In this document: positions 17,406-27,223 of the stretch, piece by piece | Layout: every line of letters starts with the position of its first letter | Numbering within the stretch: position 1 is the first letter of the stretch | DNA from: Longimicrobiales bacterium | Lineage (GTDB): Bacteria; Gemmatimonadota; Gemmatimonadetes; Longimicrobiales; Gaopeijiaceae | Direction of reading: 5' to 3' | Length of the DNA: 64,000 nucleotides | Assembly (NCBI GenBank): GCA_965204735.1 | Contig: OZ242008.1 | Span: 3,392,001-3,456,000 of the forward strand | Program-made: the position numbers and the translations under genes | The notes under the pieces: generated by a model | Told to the model about the DNA's origin: nothing | What the model saw: only the letters and a program-made list of their open reading frames with translations | The model's database searches: none

Positions 17406-20400
17406 CGACCCGGGCGACGCATCGGGCTCGCCGCCTCGGACGCCTTGATCGCCGCCTCCACCTGGGCCATCTGCCCGGGACCCCAGCACGAGCGCCAAGG
17501 GTGGTTGACGCACGCCCGTCGGATGCGCTTGCCCAGCTCGGTGCGCATGAAGCGCATGATCACCACCGCGTCGAAGACGGGGAGCTTGCGGACGAACTCC
17601 TCCAGGGGCTTCTGCCAGTTGGAGCCCCACCCGGTATGGATGAACTCGACCCGGACGTGGGGGTGGGTCCGATGCAGCTTCTTGCGGACCTGTTCCTCGG
17701 CCCGCGCCTGCACTTCGTTGCCGCCCACGATCAGCACCTTCACCTCGGGCCGTTCGTCGTGGTCGGCCTCGGCTTCGACCTGCGCCGAAGAGGACGCCAG
17801 GGCGTCGTAGCGGTCCTGCATGTCCTTGTAGATGGATTGGTCGATCCCGAACTGCTTGATCTTCTGCAGTATCCCGTACGCGTCGTGGAGCCCGGCTTCG
17901 GTTCCCTGGCTGGCGTACTGGTGGAAGTAGTCCCGGAGGATCTCCGTGGCCTTGTCGTAGCGGCCCTGGGACTCGTGGCTGTGGGCCAGCGCCATGGCCG
18001 CGTCCTCCCGCGACCACGCGGGCTCGTAGCGGGCCGGATCGGACAGCAGCTCCGCAAGCTCCTCGGCGCCCGCGCCCCGCTGGGCCAGGGACTCCAGGTC
18101 GTTGAGCAGCTCGGCCGCCGCTTCGTGCTCGCCGTTGGCGACGCGGCCGTGCAGGGCGGCCCGCAAGTCGGCGGCGGCCAGGTCGCCGGGCCGGTTCCTC
18201 TTCCGCCCCCGCGCCTGAAGCGCCTCGACCGCCGAACGGCAGTGCTCCAGCACCGGCTCGCTGGCGGCGGCGATGTCCAGCATGGAGTCGTCCTCGGCCC
18301 GGACGACGGTGTTGTACACCAAGCGCTGGGCGTCCTGGTCGGCGAACTCCATGGCGTCCACCAGCGGGGCGACCAAGTAGGGCGGGAGCTTCGCCCCGGC
18401 CTTCATGCCCTCGACCATGATCTGCGGTCCCTGGGCAAGCCCCTCCCGCGAGAGGTTGCCGATGCTGGCGACTCCAAGGTAGAGGTCGGCGTCCGGGCAG
18501 ATCGAAGCGTACCGCTCCCGGCGCCCGAGGAAGGCGGACCGAGCCTTCGAGAGGTGCTCCAGGGCCTCCCTGTAGTCGTCTCCGCCCAGGGCTTCCGCCC
18601 CGCCCTCGGCGGCCCGCGCGACGGCGAGCACGCCCAGGCAGTAGCGTCCGTGGCTGGCTTCGGCCACGTCTTCGGCCGCCGCCGCGCGGAAGTGCTCCTC
18701 GCCGAGCGAGAGCTTCTCCACGATCGTCTCCAGGTCGTCCTGCGCCAGAGGAAGCCGGACCTCCCACAGTGCGCTGAAGCCGCTGGCCACCAGTCCCAGG
18801 TCGGCCTTCACGAGCGACTTCATCTTCTCGTCCAGCTCCAGCTTCAGCAGCGCCCGCAGCGCGGCCTCGGCCCCGTGGCGCTCGTTGAGCTGCCGAAGGC
18901 ACTGGGCTTGTCGACGACGCGCCTCCAGGAACAACGGCGCGCGCGCCGACTCGCCGTCCCCCTCCATGGCTTCGGCGGCCTTGACAAGCAGGTCGAGCAC
19001 CGGTCGGGCCTCTTGGGCGTCCTTCGCCCGCAGTCGGCCGATCGCCGTGTTCAGCAGCAGCTCGTAGAGCTCGAGGCGGCCGGAAAGGGCGGGCATCCGC
19101 ACAAAGCGGGCCAGCTCGGCCAAGCGGCCTTCGTCGGTCAGCGCCCGGACCGTGGGCTCGACGGCTTCGGCGGACGCAAAGTCCGAACCGTCCCCCAGGT
19201 CCCGGACCACGTCTCTGCCGTCGTACTCTCGAACAATGCTCGGCCACGATCGGGTTCGCGCCCAGCCTTGTATGGCGCCGGCCCAGTAGAAGCGCTTGCC
19301 GTCCCGGTCGAGGGCCGGCCCTTCCGGCGCCGGCGACTCTCCGAACACGGTGTCGCGGAACCCGGCGTGGTAGTAGGAGAGCGCCCGTCGGCCGTTGAGG
19401 CGAACGAACTCCTCCACGGCCCGGTCCACCTCGTCGCGCGAAAGGGCGCCGGAGACGCCTTGCGCCGCGTCCAGGATCGCCTGGATCAGCAAGCGGTCAA
19501 GAGAGGTCATGGAGGTCAGCGGCCGCTGGGAGCCGGCGTCCGCCGCCTCGCCCCTGGGACGGGCCGCATCGGCGGGCGAGAGCAACTTGCTCGCCGAAGC
19601 GGCGTCCTCTGGGCCGGCCGAAGAGGCAGGCTCCGACCCGGCGGACAAGCCGCGGCGCTGAATGGCCGAAGAGGCGTCGTCTGGGCCGGTGGGCGGGTCG
19701 CGGTGCGGGACGGCCGAAGCGGCGTCCTCCAGGCCGGCTGGCGAGCCGCGGTGCGGGACGGCCGAAGAGGCATCCTCCAGGCCAGCGCGCAAGCCGCGGC
19801 GCTGAACATCCGAAGAGGCGTCCTCCGGGCCGGCGCGCAAGCCGCGGTCCAGCTTGGTCCCGGAGGCGCGGCCGGGTTTCGCTCCGCGGGCGCCGCTGGG
19901 GGGGATCCGGGAGGCGCGGACTGAAGTGGTCCCGGAGGCGCGGCTGCGGGCGGTCCGCGCGGCGCGGCTGGAAGGCGGCGGGGAAGCGCCGACCACGCCG
20001 GCCTGGGAAGCGGCTCCCTGCTCCGCCACGGCGGCTTCGGGCGCCTTGCCGTTGCCGAGCCGCCGCATCCAGCTCCAGAGGTGGTCGGCCACCGACGCGC
20101 GGCGAAGCGCCAGCACCAGGAAGTAGACGACCACGTTGTGCACGCCGTACTCCGCCATCAGCCGGTCCGCCGCGGCGTGCACTTCGTGCTCCTTGGCGGC
20201 GATCTTGTCGGCAGAGTCGGGAAGTCCTTCTCGGGAACGCGCTCCCAGCAAGTCCAGGAAGCGTCCGAGCATCGCCCGCCGGCCCGTCATGTGAAGCTGC
20301 TCGAGCAGCGAGGACGCCAGCTTGGCCTCAAGGGAGAAGGCCGTCTTCATCCCTCCGGCAAGCTTCGCGTTCGACCACTTCCGCACCGTTTCGGGACGGG

Positions 20401-20641
20401 CGCGCCTTGTGAGGGCGACCATGGTGACGAGGGCGTTGCGGTCCGTGCCCTTGTCCTCCAGAAAGTACTCGGCCGCGAGAGCCCGCTCGTCGGGACGCAA
20501 CGCCTTCCACAGCCCGCTCGCGGTCAGCCGGGCCGGGTTCTCGGCCAGCCGTCCCAGCATGGGCTCCAAGCCGTCCACGCCTCCGTTTCGCCTGTGGGGC
20601 CGACGACCTTCCCTGGGTCCTGCTGCTCCTTCCGCCGCCAT
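17402..20641 (-). CDS. Large hypothetical protein: N-terminal helical domain, repeat linker, TPR-like region, C-terminal DUF2325-like domain
   Basis: Ala/Leu-rich helical repeats; C-terminal KVLIVGG...FDAVVIMRFMRTEL; true start may be 20560-20577. Confidence 0.6.
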   Translation of the reverse strand: MAAEGAAGPREGRRPHRRNGGVDGLEPMLGRLAENPARLTASGLWKALRPDERALAAEYFLEDKGTDRNALVTMVALTRRARPETVRKWSNAKLAGGMKTAFSLEAKLASSLLEQLHMTGRRAMLGRFLDLLGARSREGLPDSADKIAAKEHEVHAAADRLMAEYGVHNVVVYFLVLALRRASVADHLWSWMRRLGNGKAPEAAVAEQGAASQAGVVGASPPPSSRAARTARSRASGTTSVRASRIPPSGARGAKPGRASGTKLDRGLRAGPEDASSDVQRRGLRAGLEDASSAVPHRGSPAGLEDAASAVPHRDPPTGPDDASSAIQRRGLSAGSEPASSAGPEDAASASKLLSPADAARPRGEAADAGSQRPLTSMTSLDRLLIQAILDAAQGVSGALSRDEVDRAVEEFVRLNGRRALSYYHAGFRDTVFGESPAPEGPALDRDGKRFYWAGAIQGWARTRSWPSIVREYDGRDVVRDLGDGSDFASAEAVEPTVRALTDEGRLAELARFVRMPALSGRLELYELLLNTAIGRLRAKDAQEARPVLDLLVKAAEAMEGDGESARAPLFLEARRRQAQCLRQLNERHGAEAALRALLKLELDEKMKSLVKADLGLVASGFSALWEVRLPLAQDDLETIVEKLSLGEEHFRAAAAEDVAEASHGRYCLGVLAVARAAEGGAEALGGDDYREALEHLSKARSAFLGRRERYASICPDADLYLGVASIGNLSREGLAQGPQIMVEGMKAGAKLPPYLVAPLVDAMEFADQDAQRLVYNTVVRAEDDSMLDIAAASEPVLEHCRSAVEALQARGRKRNRPGDLAAADLRAALHGRVANGEHEAAAELLNDLESLAQRGAGAEELAELLSDPARYEPAWSREDAAMALAHSHESQGRYDKATEILRDYFHQYASQGTEAGLHDAYGILQKIKQFGIDQSIYKDMQDRYDALASSSAQVEAEADHDERPEVKVLIVGGNEVQARAEEQVRKKLHRTHPHVRVEFIHTGWGSNWQKPLEEFVRKLPVFDAVVIMRFMRTELGKRIRRACVNHPWRSCWGPGQMAQVEAAIKASEAASPMRRPGR
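19620..19850 (-). repeat. 48-bp (16 aa) degenerate coding repeats
   Basis: RGLRAGPEDASSDVQR, RGLRAGLEDASSAVPH, RGSPAGLEDAASAVPH, RDPPTGPDDASSAIQR. Confidence 0.85.
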
Positions 20642-20729
20642 TGCTTCCTCCGTGTCGGTGCCTGTCCTTCGGTTTCAGTGCTGCGGTTCAGTGCTGCCCC
20701 CGAGCGCGCACGGGCTCTAGTCCCCGGCT

Positions 20730-23201
20730 CTAATCCCCCGGCTCCAGGATCGCGTCGATCCGCTCGATCGCGTCCAGGAAGTGCAACCGAGTGGCCCGAT
20801 GGGACGCCCCCGCCGCCGCGCTCTCCAGCTCGCCTCGCAGCGCCGCCAGCTGCCCCCGCGCGAACGGCGCCACGTCGCTCCGCATCGCGTCCTCGTCCTC
20901 CATCAACGCGCCCATCCGCTCCAGGTACGCCCGCTGAAGGTTGCGCCGGTAGGCGTCGGTCTCCCTGCCGGACGACACCTCCGACCACACGCCGGCCCGC
21001 AGGTCGTCCAGCATCTCGCCCAGCGCGTAGGCGTCGTCGCCGTGGAAGGCCTCCTGCTCCACCAGGCGCTTCATCCGCGCCACGTTCAGCGCCTGGCCCA
21101 GCGCCGCCGCCTGCCGCCCCCGCACCAAGTCCAGCGCGCCGCTGCCTTGGAAGCGGTCCAGCACGTCGGCGTCCACCAGCCACTCGGGCGTGGCGAAGAC
21201 CTGCCGGTTCAAGTACTCCATCGCGCGCCGCTGGCGGTCCTCCGAGACCCGCTCGTAGGGCACGCCGTCCTGTCCCTGCCGCTTCCGGGTGCGCACCACG
21301 CCGCCCACGTTCGCCACCACGTGCCCCGTGTACCGGCTCCACTGCGACACCACGTTGCCGTAGATCTCCTCCAGCTGGGAGTAGTCCTCGCCCTCTTCGA
21401 AGGTCCACTCCGTCAGGTTGTCCACGATCCGCTTCAGGTTCTCGACGCCGTAGTCCGAGGCGCGCATGGCGTCGTCGCCGATCGCCTCGGTCAGCGCCGA
21501 CGGGTCGGCGCCGTTGGGGCTGGAGAACCTGTACACCGGGTCCTCCTGCATCTCGACCACCATCGCCCGCAAGTCCTCGCGCTCCTCGTAGCGGTCCTTG
21601 CCCAGGAACGGCCGGTAGCCCCACTCGACCGCAAACTTGTCGTACGGCCCCACCAGCGGCATGAGGCAGGCGTCGTCGCCGGGCTGGGCGACGTAGTTGA
21701 AGCGCGCGTAGTCCATGATCGAAGGCGCCACGCCCATCTCGCAGGTGAAGCGCGTCCGCAGCTGCTCCACCGAGTACGCCGACGACGACTGCATGTTGTG
21801 CTGCAGCCCGATCGTGTGCCCCACCTCGTGGGCCGACACGAAGCGCACCAGCTCGCCCATCAGCGCATCGTCGAACTTCACGCCGCGGGCGTCTTCGTTG
21901 ACCGCCGCCGTCTGCACGAAGAACCAGTTGCGCAGCAGGTTCATGACGTTGTGGTACCACTGGATGTCGCTCTCCAGTATCTCGCCCGTGCGCGGGTCGT
22001 GCACGTGCGGGCCAGAGGCGTTCTGCACGGGCGACGCCAGGTAGCGGATCACCGACCAGCGCGCGTCCTCGGGGCTCCAGTCGGGATCGTCGGGGGCGTC
22101 TCGGGCCACGATGGCGTTGCGGAAGCCGGCGCGCTCGAAGGCGGGCTGCCAATCCACGACGCCCTGCTTCAGGTACGGAACCCACTTGGGCGGCGTCGCC
22201 GGGTCGATGTAGTAGACGATCGGCTCGACCGGGTCCACCAGCTCGCCCCGCGCGAACGCCTCGGGGTCGCTGGGCTCCAGCCGCCAGCGGGTGACGAAGC
22301 ACTGGGTGACGGCCCGCTGCTCGTCCAGTCCGTAGTCGGTCTGGCGGGTGCTGAAGAAGCCGACCCGCTCGTCGCAGAGGCGCGGTTCCATGGGGTCGTC
22401 GGGGAGCAGCAGCATGGAGTGGTGCATCTCCATGGACAGGGTGTTGCTGGCCGCGTTGGAGGGCGCCTCGGTGGCTTCGTAGGTGACCACGCGCCGCACC
22501 TCCACGTTGGTGGGGAACGCCGTTGCGCGAACGATGTACGTGCGGTCCCCGTCCAGCCGCCGCACCCCGAACTGCTCCCGGCGGAACTTGGGCAGCCCCA
22601 GCAGCGTCACGTCGCTGGTGAAGAGGTCCGTGACCTCCGCCACCACCGCCGTCGAGTCCTCCGACATGACCTCCACGTCGAACGCCCCGACGATCGGCTC
22701 GAAGTTGGAGTTGCGCACCGCCTGCGCCACCGCCGTCGAGTCGCCGGCGAAGTTCTCGTAGCCCACCAGCCGCAGGAGGACGCGGTCGCCGTTCCGCTCC
22801 CAGCGGACGGTGGAGGTGTTGGCCTTGGAGCCGCCGTAGCCCGCGCCGGCGGGCGTGCGCGCCACGCGGGTGAGCAGGAGCATTTCGCGGTCCAGCGTCT
22901 CCAGCGGGATCTCGTAGTAGAGCTTGTCGTCGATCATGTGGGCGTCGAAGAGGCCCTCGCTGGTGACGGCGTCCTCGGTGATCACGTCGCCGTACGACTT
23001 GGTCTTCTCCTGGTCTTCGTCCTGTTCCTGGTCTTCGTCCGCCCCCTCCTCTTCTTCTTCTTGGGGGACCGGAGGCGCGGCGAACGCGGGCGTGGGGGGA
23101 ACGGCGACCGTCGCGGCGAACGCGGACGCCGGAGGAACGGCGACCGTCGCGGTCAGCGCGGCGACGAGGAGGAGCGGGAAGAGCGGGGCGAAGCGCTTCA
23201 T
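20730..23201 (-). CDS. Secreted zinc-dependent metalloprotease (DUF5117/DUF4953-type)
   Basis: HEVGHTIGLQHN, SIMDY Met-turn, DPRTGEIL; signal peptide. Confidence 0.9.
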   Translation of the reverse strand: MKRFAPLFPLLLVAALTATVAVPPASAFAATVAVPPTPAFAAPPVPQEEEEEGADEDQEQDEDQEKTKSYGDVITEDAVTSEGLFDAHMIDDKLYYEIPLETLDREMLLLTRVARTPAGAGYGGSKANTSTVRWERNGDRVLLRLVGYENFAGDSTAVAQAVRNSNFEPIVGAFDVEVMSEDSTAVVAEVTDLFTSDVTLLGLPKFRREQFGVRRLDGDRTYIVRATAFPTNVEVRRVVTYEATEAPSNAASNTLSMEMHHSMLLLPDDPMEPRLCDERVGFFSTRQTDYGLDEQRAVTQCFVTRWRLEPSDPEAFARGELVDPVEPIVYYIDPATPPKWVPYLKQGVVDWQPAFERAGFRNAIVARDAPDDPDWSPEDARWSVIRYLASPVQNASGPHVHDPRTGEILESDIQWYHNVMNLLRNWFFVQTAAVNEDARGVKFDDALMGELVRFVSAHEVGHTIGLQHNMQSSSAYSVEQLRTRFTCEMGVAPSIMDYARFNYVAQPGDDACLMPLVGPYDKFAVEWGYRPFLGKDRYEEREDLRAMVVEMQEDPVYRFSSPNGADPSALTEAIGDDAMRASDYGVENLKRIVDNLTEWTFEEGEDYSQLEEIYGNVVSQWSRYTGHVVANVGGVVRTRKRQGQDGVPYERVSEDRQRRAMEYLNRQVFATPEWLVDADVLDRFQGSGALDLVRGRQAAALGQALNVARMKRLVEQEAFHGDDAYALGEMLDDLRAGVWSEVSSGRETDAYRRNLQRAYLERMGALMEDEDAMRSDVAPFARGQLAALRGELESAAAGASHRATRLHFLDAIERIDAILEPGD

Positions 23202-25084
23202 GGAAGGCGTCCTGAGTGTGCGGGTCGGCTGGGTCGAAAGTCGGCTTGGAAGAGGGCCCGGACGTTCGGGTCCAGGCGGGCGGCGGCGGGTCGGGCGCTC
23301 ACGGGAACGACGAAGCTCTGGCTTCCTCCCGCGCCGGCGCCTCCACCCGCAATCTCCAGGGTGGCGACATGATAAGGCAACGGCTCGCCCTCGGCGTAGA
23401 ATCCGATCTCCAGAGGCATGGCGAAGTCGCCGGTCGTCTGCACCTGCGCGAGCTCCACGCGGACGGCGGCGGCGGACTCGTCGTACTCCCACGAGCCCTC
23501 GAAGCGGGGGTTGCCTCCTTGGCGGAGCCACTGGTCGAAGAACGCCCCGTGGTCGGTCCCCGACGCCTCCTCCATCGCCCGCATGAAGTCGTCGGTGGAC
23601 GCGGTGCCGTTCATGTGGCGGGCGTAGTAGAGCCGGACGCCTCGCCAGAATGCTTCGTCGCCCATGCGCTCGCGGAGCATGTGGAGGACCCACGCCCCCT
23701 TCTGGTACGTCGCCACGCTGGTGACTCGGGCCATGTCGTCCAGGTCGTCGTGGACGATCCGGTAGTCAGGGTTCCGGTCGTACCATGCCCACACGCGCTC
23801 GGCGGCCTGTCGCAGCCCGTCGGTGAAGTCGTCGCGGCCGTAGGCGTGTTCGCGGAAGAGGAGGGTGAAGTAGGTGGCGAAGCCCTCGCTGAGCCAGACG
23901 TCGTCCCAATCCGACTCGGTGACGGCGTTGCCGAACCACTGGTGGGCGATCTCGTGGATCACGACGTTGCGCCAGCGGACGCTCCGCTCGCCGGTGACCG
24001 AGTTCTCGCCGTACATGAGCGCCGTGGCCGCCTCCATGCCCCCGCCGGTGGCCGGGGAGACCACGTTGGCCAGCTTCTCGTAGGCGAAGGGGCCGACGTT
24101 GTCTTCGTAGAAGGCCAGCGCCCGCTTGGTGGGGACGGCGAAGTCGTGGAAGCCTGGGTCCCGGTCCTGGGCGTAGACCCACGTCTGGACCGGCTTGCCT
24201 CGGAAATCGCCGTTGTGATGCACCGCGAAGCGGGCCACGCCGACCACGAAGAGCCACGGCGAGATCGGCGCCGAGTGCTTCCAGTGGGTGCGGCGCATTG
24301 GGCCGATCGGGGCGCCGGGCGGGGGCGTCGGGCCCGTCTCCGTCGCCGGGTCCGTCCCGGCCGCCAGGTCCGTCTCCTCCACCAGCAAGCCGTTGGACAC
24401 GACTTGGTAGTGGGCGGGCGCCGTCACCACGAACTCGCAGGTCGCCTTCTCGGCGATGTGGTCGATCGTGGGGAGCCAGTTCCGGGCCTTGTTGGGCCAG
24501 TTGTCGCTGAAGAACGTCCGCTCGCCGTACTTGTTCGGGCCGATCTGGAGGCCGTCGGCGGGGACGCCCCGGTATGCGACGGCGAAGGCGGCGCGCTCCC
24601 CGGCGGCGCTGGGCCGAGGCAGGCGGATCGCCAGCACGTCGTTCTCGTGGACGTAGGCGGCGGGCGATCCGTCGGCGGCGACGTCGACGACCACCATGCC
24701 GCGCCCGGTGGTGTCGTCCATGCTGGTCAGGTCCAGCGGGAGCTCGGTCACGCCGTCGGCGGTGAAGCGCGCGACGACGGTGGCCAGCCCGGCGATCTCG
24801 TCGGTGTCGTCCCGCAGGGTCAGCTCGAAGCGGTACGACTCCACGTCGATGCCGACGCGGCGGGGGTAGGGATCGGGAAGCAGGCCACGGCGGTCGGGGC
24901 TGGAGAGTCCCCGGCGAAGGTCGGAGCGCGCGTGGACTCCGTCGGCCGGGGCTGCATTCGGCAGCGGCCCGAAGGCGGCGAGTCCGAGGACGGCGACCAA
25001 GCCGGCAACGCCGACTCCGAGCCCGGAGATCGTTGGACGGGCCGGACGGGGACCGCGGGCGGGACGGGAGAGTTCCCCGGGCAT
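23198..25084 (-). CDS. M1 family aminopeptidase
   Basis: GGMEA, HEIAHQWFG...WLSEGFATY, YQKGAWVLHMLR; AGGAGA RBS. Confidence 0.92.
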   Translation of the reverse strand: MPGELSRPARGPRPARPTISGLGVGVAGLVAVLGLAAFGPLPNAAPADGVHARSDLRRGLSSPDRRGLLPDPYPRRVGIDVESYRFELTLRDDTDEIAGLATVVARFTADGVTELPLDLTSMDDTTGRGMVVVDVAADGSPAAYVHENDVLAIRLPRPSAAGERAAFAVAYRGVPADGLQIGPNKYGERTFFSDNWPNKARNWLPTIDHIAEKATCEFVVTAPAHYQVVSNGLLVEETDLAAGTDPATETGPTPPPGAPIGPMRRTHWKHSAPISPWLFVVGVARFAVHHNGDFRGKPVQTWVYAQDRDPGFHDFAVPTKRALAFYEDNVGPFAYEKLANVVSPATGGGMEAATALMYGENSVTGERSVRWRNVVIHEIAHQWFGNAVTESDWDDVWLSEGFATYFTLLFREHAYGRDDFTDGLRQAAERVWAWYDRNPDYRIVHDDLDDMARVTSVATYQKGAWVLHMLRERMGDEAFWRGVRLYYARHMNGTASTDDFMRAMEEASGTDHGAFFDQWLRQGGNPRFEGSWEYDESAAAVRVELAQVQTTGDFAMPLEIGFYAEGEPLPYHVATLEIAGGGAGAGGSQSFVVPVSARPAAARLDPNVRALFQADFRPSRPAHSGRLP

Positions 25085-25141
25085 CGGTTCTCCTTGGCAG
25101 CGAGACGCAGGCCGACAAGATGGCCGCACGAGGAGCACCGG

Positions 25142-25325
25142 GGCAATCCACTTGACCGAAGTCGCGTGTTGCTACGACTGTATCCGCGCAAGGCGTCCCT
25201 CATCGACGATTCCCTGGGTCCCGCGTCAAGCCTGCTGACCCCTCGGGGGTCGGATCGCGTCTTCCTGTGGAGGAACACATGCCGTCACTGCTATCGGTCG
25301 CAACCGACCGCGGGGCCGCGATTGG
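25142..25325 (+). promoter_or_regulatory. Duplicated leader element, copy 1, with a 25-codon uORF (25279-25356) coupled to the ATPase
   Basis: Colinear similarity to 29247-29450; TTGACC at 25152; GGAGGAACAC-ATG; uORF stop overlaps the ATPase ATG. Confidence 0.65.
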
Positions 25326-25352
25326 CCGCCCCGGCTCGGCACCGAGCCGGAC

Positions 25353-26690
25353 ATGAACAGGATCACGCTGGAGAACTACCGCTGCTTCCGCGAGGAGCAG
25401 GATGTCGTGTTGGCTCCCCTGACGCTTCTCGTCGGCGACAACAGCACAGGCAAGACATCGTTCTTGGCCATGATCCGCGCGCTTTGGAATCACCCTGTCG
25501 TCGTCGGCGATACGTCGTTCAAGGGTCCCATCAACGATCTTGGCAGCTTCGACGACATTGCCCATTACCGCAGGGGACACGGCGGTCGGACTGATTGCTT
25601 TAGGGCGGGCTTCGAATTCGAAGCGGCTACGGAGCCGCCCAAGAAGCGTAGTGTTTCGGTGGTTTTTAGAGATGTGGGCACTGTGGCCTTTCCCGTCGAG
25701 ACACGATTGTCCAGTGATGAAGGTCGCGTCTGGATAGAAGTTGCCCGGCAGCTCCCTGGTCGATCTTGGCAGCTCTCGGTTGGAACAGAACAAGGTGAAC
25801 AGTCCTTTGACATTGGTCCAATGAACCCCAGCGAGTCCCCTATGCCTCTGGTTTCCTTGTCTTCTCTTCTGACACACGGCCCCCTTGCCGGCAACGGCAA
25901 CGACCAGTTGGAATCTGGCGTTGCGAAAATGAGCGACAACGACTGGCGTTCCCTCCAAGAATTGGCCTACGCCGACTGTTTTCACGACTACCGGCCGGGG
26001 TCGCTTTATGCCAGTGCGCCAGTGCGTTCGCGACCATACCGCACCTACGACCCCTCCAACCTCGCTAGGGATCCTGAAGGTGATCACGTGCCCCACTTGC
26101 TGGCCAACATTTCTTTGCAGGCGAACAGTCGACAGTGGCAGGAGACAAGAAAGCAGCTGGAGACTTTCGGGAAGGACTCCGGCCTTTTTGACGAAATCAA
26201 AATCCGAAGGCTCGGCGCAAGGAGCAGCGACCCCTTTCAACTGCAAGTCAGGAAGTTCGGCACTTCTGCCAAAGGGCCGATGCGGAACATGATCGACGTC
26301 GGGTACGGCGTAAGCCAAGTCCTTCCCGTCCTCGTCGAGTTGTTTCGCGAAGACGGTGCAACCGCGTTCTTGCTTCAGCAACCCGAAGTTCATCTACATC
26401 CTAGTGCCCAGGCTGCCCTGGGAACGCTTTTTTGCAGAGCCGCGGCGGCCGGTCGCCAGCTCATTGTCGAGACGCACAGCGACCACTTGATGGATCGCGT
26501 CCGCATGGACGTTCGGGATGGCAAGACGGACCTGCGGCCTGAAGACGTGTCGCTCCTGTTCTTCGAGAGACGCAACTTGGGGGTGCGAATCCATTCGCTT
26601 CGAATCGACAGCGAGGGCAACATCCTCGACGCGCCGTCCAGCTATCGGCGGTTCTTCATGACCGAGATGTATAGGTCGGTGGGGTGGTAG
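25353..26690 (+). CDS. AAA ATPase with DUF3696-like C-terminus
   Basis: GDNSTGKT, DVGYGVSQVLP, LQQPEVHLHP, VETHSDH, RIDSEGNI. Confidence 0.88.
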   Translation: MNRITLENYRCFREEQDVVLAPLTLLVGDNSTGKTSFLAMIRALWNHPVVVGDTSFKGPINDLGSFDDIAHYRRGHGGRTDCFRAGFEFEAATEPPKKRSVSVVFRDVGTVAFPVETRLSSDEGRVWIEVARQLPGRSWQLSVGTEQGEQSFDIGPMNPSESPMPLVSLSSLLTHGPLAGNGNDQLESGVAKMSDNDWRSLQELAYADCFHDYRPGSLYASAPVRSRPYRTYDPSNLARDPEGDHVPHLLANISLQANSRQWQETRKQLETFGKDSGLFDEIKIRRLGARSSDPFQLQVRKFGTSAKGPMRNMIDVGYGVSQVLPVLVELFREDGATAFLLQQPEVHLHPSAQAALGTLFCRAAAAGRQLIVETHSDHLMDRVRMDVRDGKTDLRPEDVSLLFFERRNLGVRIHSLRIDSEGNILDAPSSYRRFFMTEMYRSVGW

Positions 26691-26692
26691 CC

Positions 26693-27160
26693 GTGTGCGC
26701 TATCTTGGATGCCAATGCGGCATCTGCGGTGTTCGGTCGCGACAAGGGTGGCGCAGCCAAGAAGTTCTTGGAATGGATCAGCTTCGGACCCGGAAGCCTC
26801 GTTGTCGGCGGCGAGCTCCGTCAGGAGCTTGAGAAGATTGCCGCGTGTGGCGAATGGTTGCAGCAGAACCACAACGCCGGGCGGGCAAGGTTCGAGAACG
26901 ACACTCTGGTTGACGAACGGGCCAGCGAACTCGAGCAGCACGAGGTCTGCCTGTCGGACGACCCGCATGTGATCGCGTTGGCGCAGATCAGTGGCGCCCG
27001 CTTGCTGTACACGAACGACTCGAACCTCCAGAAGGACTTTACGAATCGTCTGCTGATCAAGAACCCCCGTGGCAAGGTCTACACGACCAAGCGCAGTCAG
27101 GATTACAATTCGACTCACCGTCGGCTGTTGACCAGAAACGTGTGCCGAGGGCCGGCGTAA
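26693..27160 (+). CDS. PIN-domain-like protein
   Basis: ILDAN, ELRQEL, DDPHVIALA, LYTNDSNL acidic motifs. Confidence 0.7.
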   Translation: MCAILDANAASAVFGRDKGGAAKKFLEWISFGPGSLVVGGELRQELEKIAACGEWLQQNHNAGRARFENDTLVDERASELEQHEVCLSDDPHVIALAQISGARLLYTNDSNLQKDFTNRLLIKNPRGKVYTTKRSQDYNSTHRRLLTRNVCRGPA

Positions 27161-27223
27161 ATGTTCCGGTCCAGACGAGCGTGTCGATCGACGGCCGTCC
27201 GATCTGCGCCCCGAAGCTGGCGT

